Below are positions 59,651 to 64,000 of a DNA stretch of 64,000 nt, piece by piece (the first letter of the stretch is position 1; the number at the start of each line of letters is the position of its first letter). The DNA lies in assembly GCA_034520945.1 (NCBI GenBank), contig JAXHNB010000010.1, positions 160,001-224,000 of the forward strand. Direction: 5' to 3'. Made by a program: the position numbers and the translations under genes. The stretch is from Trueperaceae bacterium. GTDB taxonomy: Bacteria > Deinococcota > Deinococci > Deinococcales > Trueperaceae. The notes under the pieces are model-generated. The model was not told the DNA's origin. It ran no database searches and saw nothing but the letters and a program-made list of their open reading frames with translations.

Positions 59651-61170
59651 GGCTGTCCCTCCCCTTCCCGGCGGGCACGGCGGGTCGCCGCGCCGGCCCG
59701 GTACTCCTGCCACGCCACGACGAACACGGTGAGGACCGCCATGGAGAGGAACAGCAACGGGATGGGCCGCGTCACGAAGATCGCCAGGCTGTCGGCCGAC
59801 ATGTACAGGCTCTGGCGCAGTCCGACCTCGACCAGCGGGCCCAGAATGAAGCCGATCAGCAACGGCGCGATCGGGAACCCGAAGCGCTTCATCGCGAAGC
59901 CCAGCACACCGAAGCCAAGGGTGGCGTACATGTCGAAGAAGTTGTGCGTGGCGACGTAGGTGCCGGTGAAGCACAGCACCACCACGATCGGGAACAGGAT
60001 ACGGTCTGGCACCCGGGAGGCCTGCAGGAACAGGCGCATGCCCAGGCGCGCCACCACGACCAGCAGGATCGTGCCGACCACCATGGTGACGAACAGCGCC
60101 GCCACGAAATCGCCGTGCTGCTGGAACAGGCTGGGGCCGGGCACCAGGCCGTGCACCATGAACGCGCCCAGCATGATGGCGGTGATCACGTCGCCGGGAA
60201 TCCCCAACGTCAGGAGCGGAATGAAGGTCGAACTGGTCACGCCGTTGTTGGCGGATTCTGCGGCCGCGATCCCCTCCAGCGACCCCTTGCCGTACTCCTC
60301 GGGTTTCTTCGAGAAGCTGCGCGCCACGCCGTAGCTGAAGAAGGCGGCGATGGCCGAGCCCAGCCCGGGCACCGCGCCGATGGCCACGCCCAGTGGGCCG
60401 GAGCGAAGGAGGGTCGGCACCACGGAGCGCATCTCGGCGCCGGAGAGGCGATGGTCCGCCGAGTCGAGGCGGACGCCCTCGGCTTTCTGGACGTCGGACG
60501 CGCGCTTCTGCGCCAGCTCGATCGCCTCGGCGATGGCGAACACGCCGATGATGAGCGCGATGAAGGTCCAGCCGGCGGTCAACTGCGGCACGTCGAACGT
60601 CAAGCGGTACGAACCGGTCAGCGGGTCGAGCCCGAACGACGCCAGGAAGATGCCGAACAGGCCCGAGATGAGGCCCTTCAGCATGTTGCCTTGCGACAGC
60701 ACGGCGATGAGCGTCAGGGCGAACAGGCCCAGCGCGAAGTTCTCGGGCGGTCCGATGCGCAATGCCATCACCGCCACCGGCACCGCGAAGAAGATCAGGG
60801 CGAGGTCGCTGAGCAACGCGCCGAAGCCCGAGGCGTACAGCGACATCTTCAGCGCCTTGCCGGCCTTACCCTGTCGCGTCAGTTCGTACCCGTCCAGTGC
60901 GGTGGCGGCCGAAGCAGGCACCCCGGGCACGTTGATCAACACCGCCGATATCGAACCGCCATACGTGCCGCCCTTGTAGATGCCGACCAGCATGGCGATG
61001 CCGCCGACGGGCTCCAGGTAGAAGGTGATCGGCAACGTGATCGCGACCGCGAGGGGCACGTTGAGGCCCGGGATGGCGCCGATGACCACCCCGATCACCA
61101 GGCCCAGCAGGATGAGCCCCATGATCTGGGGGTCGAACACGACGGACAGGCCGGACCCAATGTCGATCAT
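59647..61170 (-). CDS. tctA: Tripartite tricarboxylate transporter permease TctA
   Basis: GAIPGL, YGGSISAVLINVPG, DGYEL, AAESANN, PLLTLGIPG, PGP.LF. Confidence 0.93.
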   Translation of the reverse strand: MIDIGSGLSVVFDPQIMGLILLGLVIGVVIGAIPGLNVPLAVAITLPITFYLEPVGGIAMLVGIYKGGTYGGSISAVLINVPGVPASAATALDGYELTRQGKAGKALKMSLYASGFGALLSDLALIFFAVPVAVMALRIGPPENFALGLFALTLIAVLSQGNMLKGLISGLFGIFLASFGLDPLTGSYRLTFDVPQLTAGWTFIALIIGVFAIAEAIELAQKRASDVQKAEGVRLDSADHRLSGAEMRSVVPTLLRSGPLGVAIGAVPGLGSAIAAFFSYGVARSFSKKPEEYGKGSLEGIAAAESANNGVTSSTFIPLLTLGIPGDVITAIMLGAFMVHGLVPGPSLFQQHGDFVAALFVTMVVGTILLVVVARLGMRLFLQASRVPDRILFPIVVVLCFTGTYVATHNFFDMYATLGFGVLGFAMKRFGFPIAPLLIGFILGPLVEVGLRQSLYMSADSLAIFVTRPIPLLFLSMAVLTVFVVAWQEYRAGAATRRARREGEGQP

Positions 61171-61177
61171 GCCGCGC

Positions 61178-61696
61178 TCACGAGAACAACGATCCCGAGG
61201 GGAGCAGAATCACCATGTACCGCTCGAAGAACAGCAGCAGGGCCACGGGCGTAAGGATCATCAACAGCAGGATCGTGCGGGGGCGGCGATTCCCGAAGAG
61301 GTACGACAACCCGCCGATGTAGACGGAGGTGGTGATCAGATAGCCGAGCCATGGCAGCGTCGCGAGATACAGCACGGTCCAGGCAACCAGACCGCCGCCA
61401 CGGATCGTGGAGGCCCGGCGCTCCGCGCGCTCCTCGGGCGGCGGTGCCTCGGGGGAGACGGGTGGGTCCGTGGCCGTGCGGGTCGCCTCCCGGCGGGCGG
61501 CGCGGAGGCGTCCCAGGTTCCGTGCCAGCAGGATCGCCGACAACAACGCGATCGCGCCGGTGACGATGAGCGGCATGGTGGTTCGCGAGGCGGCGCCGAG
61601 TCGCTCGTCGGTGGAGAACCACAGGTGCACGAAGAAAAAGAGGCCCATCGCGAGGACGACGGCGGCCACCGCCACCTCGCGCTTTGCGTCAGCCAC
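61178..61696 (-). CDS. tctB: Tripartite tricarboxylate transporter small subunit TctB
   Basis: 4-5 TM; LGY; C-terminal LLPSG; located between tctC and tctA. Confidence 0.85.
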   Translation of the reverse strand: MADAKREVAVAAVVLAMGLFFFVHLWFSTDERLGAASRTTMPLIVTGAIALLSAILLARNLGRLRAARREATRTATDPPVSPEAPPPEERAERRASTIRGGGLVAWTVLYLATLPWLGYLITTSVYIGGLSYLFGNRRPRTILLLMILTPVALLLFFERYMVILLPSGSLFS

Positions 61697-61762
61697 GCTC
61701 GTCCTCCCTGATGCTCGCCGTCTCGGCGAGGGAACGTCGCGCCCGTCTCAAGGGGCGTGGAG

Positions 61763-61787
61763 CGGGCACGGATGGCGTCCGTGCCCG
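61763..61787 (-). terminator. Hairpin between tctC and tctB
   Basis: CGGGCACGGA-TGGCG-TCCGTGCCCG (10 bp); a second hairpin CTCGCCG-TCT-CGGCGAG at 61714-61730. Confidence 0.5.
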
Positions 61788-61854
61788 AGCTCCTTCGCAG
61801 GTTCGGTGCGGGCGAGGGCCGAAACCGTCCACGACCCTCGTCAGAGATGCGTTC

Positions 61855-62811
61855 TCAGTCTTCGCCCCGCAGGATCGGCTCGTAGCGCTCCCAGCGGGTT
61901 TGCCACCGCTCGCCGAAGGCAGGCCCGTCGAGATAGGCCGTGGCCGCCCCGGCATCCGCAGCGCGCTGCAGGAACTCCTCGTCCTGCATCACGGTGGCCA
62001 GCGAGTCCCGCAGGATCTGAACCACGTCGTCCGGCACGCCCTGCGCGACGGCCAGGCCTGTCCACGGGTTACCGGTCACGTCGTAGCCCTGCTCGATGGC
62101 GGTAGGCACGTCGGGGTAAGCCTCGTTGCGCTCCTGGTCGAACACCGCCAGCAGCCTGAGCGAGCCGGCGCTCAGCTGGGACTCGACCGACGCCAGCCCA
62201 GCCGGCACCATGTCGAAATGGCCGCCCAGCACGCCGGTGACGGCGGGCGCGCCGCCTTCGGTGGGGATGTGGCGGATCTCGACGCCGGCCTCACTCAGCC
62301 AGCCGCGCATCGTCAGGTAGGGGAGCACGTCGGGCACGGCGGCGAACGTCAGGCCGCCCGGATCTTCGCGCGCAGCTTCGGCCAGGTCGTCGAGGCTCTC
62401 CCAGGGCGCGTCGGCGGGCACGGCCAGGCCCAACGTGCGCAGCGCCACCTGCCCGATCGGCACGAAGTCGTCGTAGGTGTAGCCGACGTCGCCGGAGAGC
62501 GGCGTCAGAATGTGGTTGCCACTGGTGGTCACCAAGACCGTGTAGCCGTCCTTGGGGGCGTCCAGCACGGCTTGACTCCCGAGGGCGCCGCCGCCGCCGA
62601 CGCGGTTGGCGACCGACACAGGCGTGCCGAGTTCCTCGCTCATGGACGTCGCCAGCAGCCGACCGATGACGTCGGTGGTGCCGCCCGCCGGCCACGGCAC
62701 GATGAACTGGATCGGTCGTTCCGGGAAGTCCTGCGCCGAAGCGCTCACGGTCAATGCGAGGGCCGCCAGGATCGGCAGCGCTTTGGTCAGGATCGCGCGA
62801 AGAATCTGCAT
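61855..62811 (-). CDS. tctC: Tripartite tricarboxylate transporter substrate-binding protein (Bug/TctC)
   Basis: RBS GGAGG; signal peptide; FPERPIQFIVPWPAGGTTD, NRVGGGG, DGYT, PDVPT. Confidence 0.93.
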   Translation of the reverse strand: MQILRAILTKALPILAALALTVSASAQDFPERPIQFIVPWPAGGTTDVIGRLLATSMSEELGTPVSVANRVGGGGALGSQAVLDAPKDGYTVLVTTSGNHILTPLSGDVGYTYDDFVPIGQVALRTLGLAVPADAPWESLDDLAEAAREDPGGLTFAAVPDVLPYLTMRGWLSEAGVEIRHIPTEGGAPAVTGVLGGHFDMVPAGLASVESQLSAGSLRLLAVFDQERNEAYPDVPTAIEQGYDVTGNPWTGLAVAQGVPDDVVQILRDSLATVMQDEEFLQRAADAGAATAYLDGPAFGERWQTRWERYEPILRGED

Positions 62812-63141
62812 GGTTCTCCCTCCGGAGGGGTGTTCGGCGGCCCGGGGCCGCCGCGTCGACATTCCGATCACGTGCTTCGAGTCATCGCAGGGGTGGATCC
62901 TCCCTTCGGGGTCGAGGCGAAGGATCGGGGAACGGCGGCGCACGTGACGAATCGCGTACCTGCGCCGCAGAGACGGCTCGAGGTCTGTCGACCGGCGGGC
63001 GTCGCGCGCTTTGCGCTGGCCTGCGTGTGAACGTCGTGCATGAGCCCTCATCTCGCCGGAATGCGCCGTCGTGTGCCGCGAAAGTTGCCGAGGACGTGCG
63101 CGATACGACACGGATCGACCCTGGATTGGATGTTCGGAAGA

Positions 63142-63171
63142 AGTCTAAGCTATATTATATTCTTGCGTCAA
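63142..63171 (-). promoter_or_regulatory. Sigma70-like promoter of the tct operon with AT-rich operator in the spacer
   Basis: Minus strand: TTGACG N18 TAGACT with ATATAATATA in the spacer. Confidence 0.55.
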
Positions 63172-63275
63172 CGGGTGGGGGCGGTGCGCTACTCATCCTG
63201 CGTGCCGTTCACAGCAAGAACGCCACGTGAGGTACGTGTATCATGCGACGAACGAACGTCCCACCTTCTGGCTCG

Positions 63276-64000
63276 TCACATGCTCGAGCCGCTCGTCACC
63301 ACCCGGTTGCCCCCCTGGTCCTTGGCCTGGTATAGCGCGTCGTCAGCCTCCGCCAACGACGCCTCCACCTCGATCTCCGCGCCCACCGCCACGTGCACAC
63401 CGACGCTGACGGCGACCCGGGCGTACGCCTCCGGCGCCTCGGGGATGGCCACGCGCACGTCGTCGACCGAGGCGCGCACGCGCTCCGCGAGCGCATGGGC
63501 GCCCTCGAGATCGGTATCGGGCAGGCACAGCGCGAACTCGTCGCCGCCCAACCGACCGAGGATGTCCCCTTCCCGTACGCTGGCCGTCGCGATGGCAGCC
63601 ACCGTCTGCAGGACCAGATCTCCCGTGGCATGTCCGTGCGTGTCGTTGACGCCCTTGAAGCCGTCGATGTCGAACATCACCCAGCCCAGCGGACGACCCG
63701 AGCGGCGCGACACGGCGACCGCCTTTCGGGCCAGCTCGAGGAACTGCCGGCGATTACCGATGCCCGTCAGCGAATCCGTGGTGGCGAGGTGGCGCAACCG
63801 GTTTTCCGCGTGGACCTGCCGAGTCACATCGCGAAGGACGAGGGCTCGGCCGAGCGGCTCGTCGTCGCGGTCGGTCAGGTCCACGGCCTTGCAGCCGTAA
63901 ACCCGCTCGCCGACCTCGACCTCCGTCACGTCGCCCGCTTCGAGGAGGGAGTGTCGCACCAACGGGGCGATCGCCGGGTAGCGCTGAACATGCCGCTCGG
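63276..64000 (-). CDS. Diguanylate cyclase (PAS-like plus GGDEF), 5'-partial
   Basis: VLRDVT, TDSLTGIGNRR, DIDGFKGVNDTHGH, REGD I-site then GGDEF, ADDALYQAK. Confidence 0.93.
   Translation of the reverse strand, partial: ERHVQRYPAIAPLVRHSLLEAGDVTEVEVGERVYGCKAVDLTDRDDEPLGRALVLRDVTRQVHAENRLRHLATTDSLTGIGNRRQFLELARKAVAVSRRSGRPLGWVMFDIDGFKGVNDTHGHATGDLVLQTVAAIATASVREGDILGRLGGDEFALCLPDTDLEGAHALAERVRASVDDVRVAIPEAPEAYARVAVSVGVHVAVGAEIEVEASLAEADDALYQAKDQGGNRVVTSGSSM

Overview
High-GC bacterial chromosomal window with about 55 protein genes and no rRNA, tRNA, CRISPR array or intact mobile element that I can support. Leaderless-type TANNNT boxes just before several start codons, an outer-membrane barrel and strongly acidic exported proteins suggest a diderm, probably halotolerant Deinococcota (Trueperaceae-like) genome; this is inference only. 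Blocks in order: (1) exported PKD-like and cupredoxin proteins, MFS, ATP-grasp and a broken C69 peptidase; (2) a c-di-GMP island in which two GGDEF-EAL genes flank a double-hotdog (AfsA/FabA-like) protein, an alpha/beta hydrolase lacking its catalytic Ser, and a GNAT; (3) a ROK-regulated sugar operon (PHP-fold hydrolase, ABC transporter, sulfatase, PfkB kinase, GH4); (4) cupin, Cof-HAD and fbaB; (5) an IclR-regulated hydantoin/allantoin-like operon; (6) a nucleotidyltransferase plus small repeat-motif partner, divergent from an ADP-ribosylglycohydrolase; (7) monomeric icd; (8) TetR-MMPL-LolA-like-beta-barrel operon and a CDF; (9) two convergent catabolic operons (Gfo/DUF993/TIM barrel/GntR/sulfatase versus TctCBA/Gfo/TIM barrel/2x PHP/enolase-like); (10) a partial diguanylate cyclase. 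Best candidates for undescribed biology: three paralogous PHP hydrolases that each sit beside a sulfatase, the hotdog/dead-hydrolase/c-di-GMP island, and the NTase-small protein pair. Four genes carry 1-2 nt frameshifts in short homopolymers, which may be assembly errors. All family calls come from reading motifs by eye, not from database searches.
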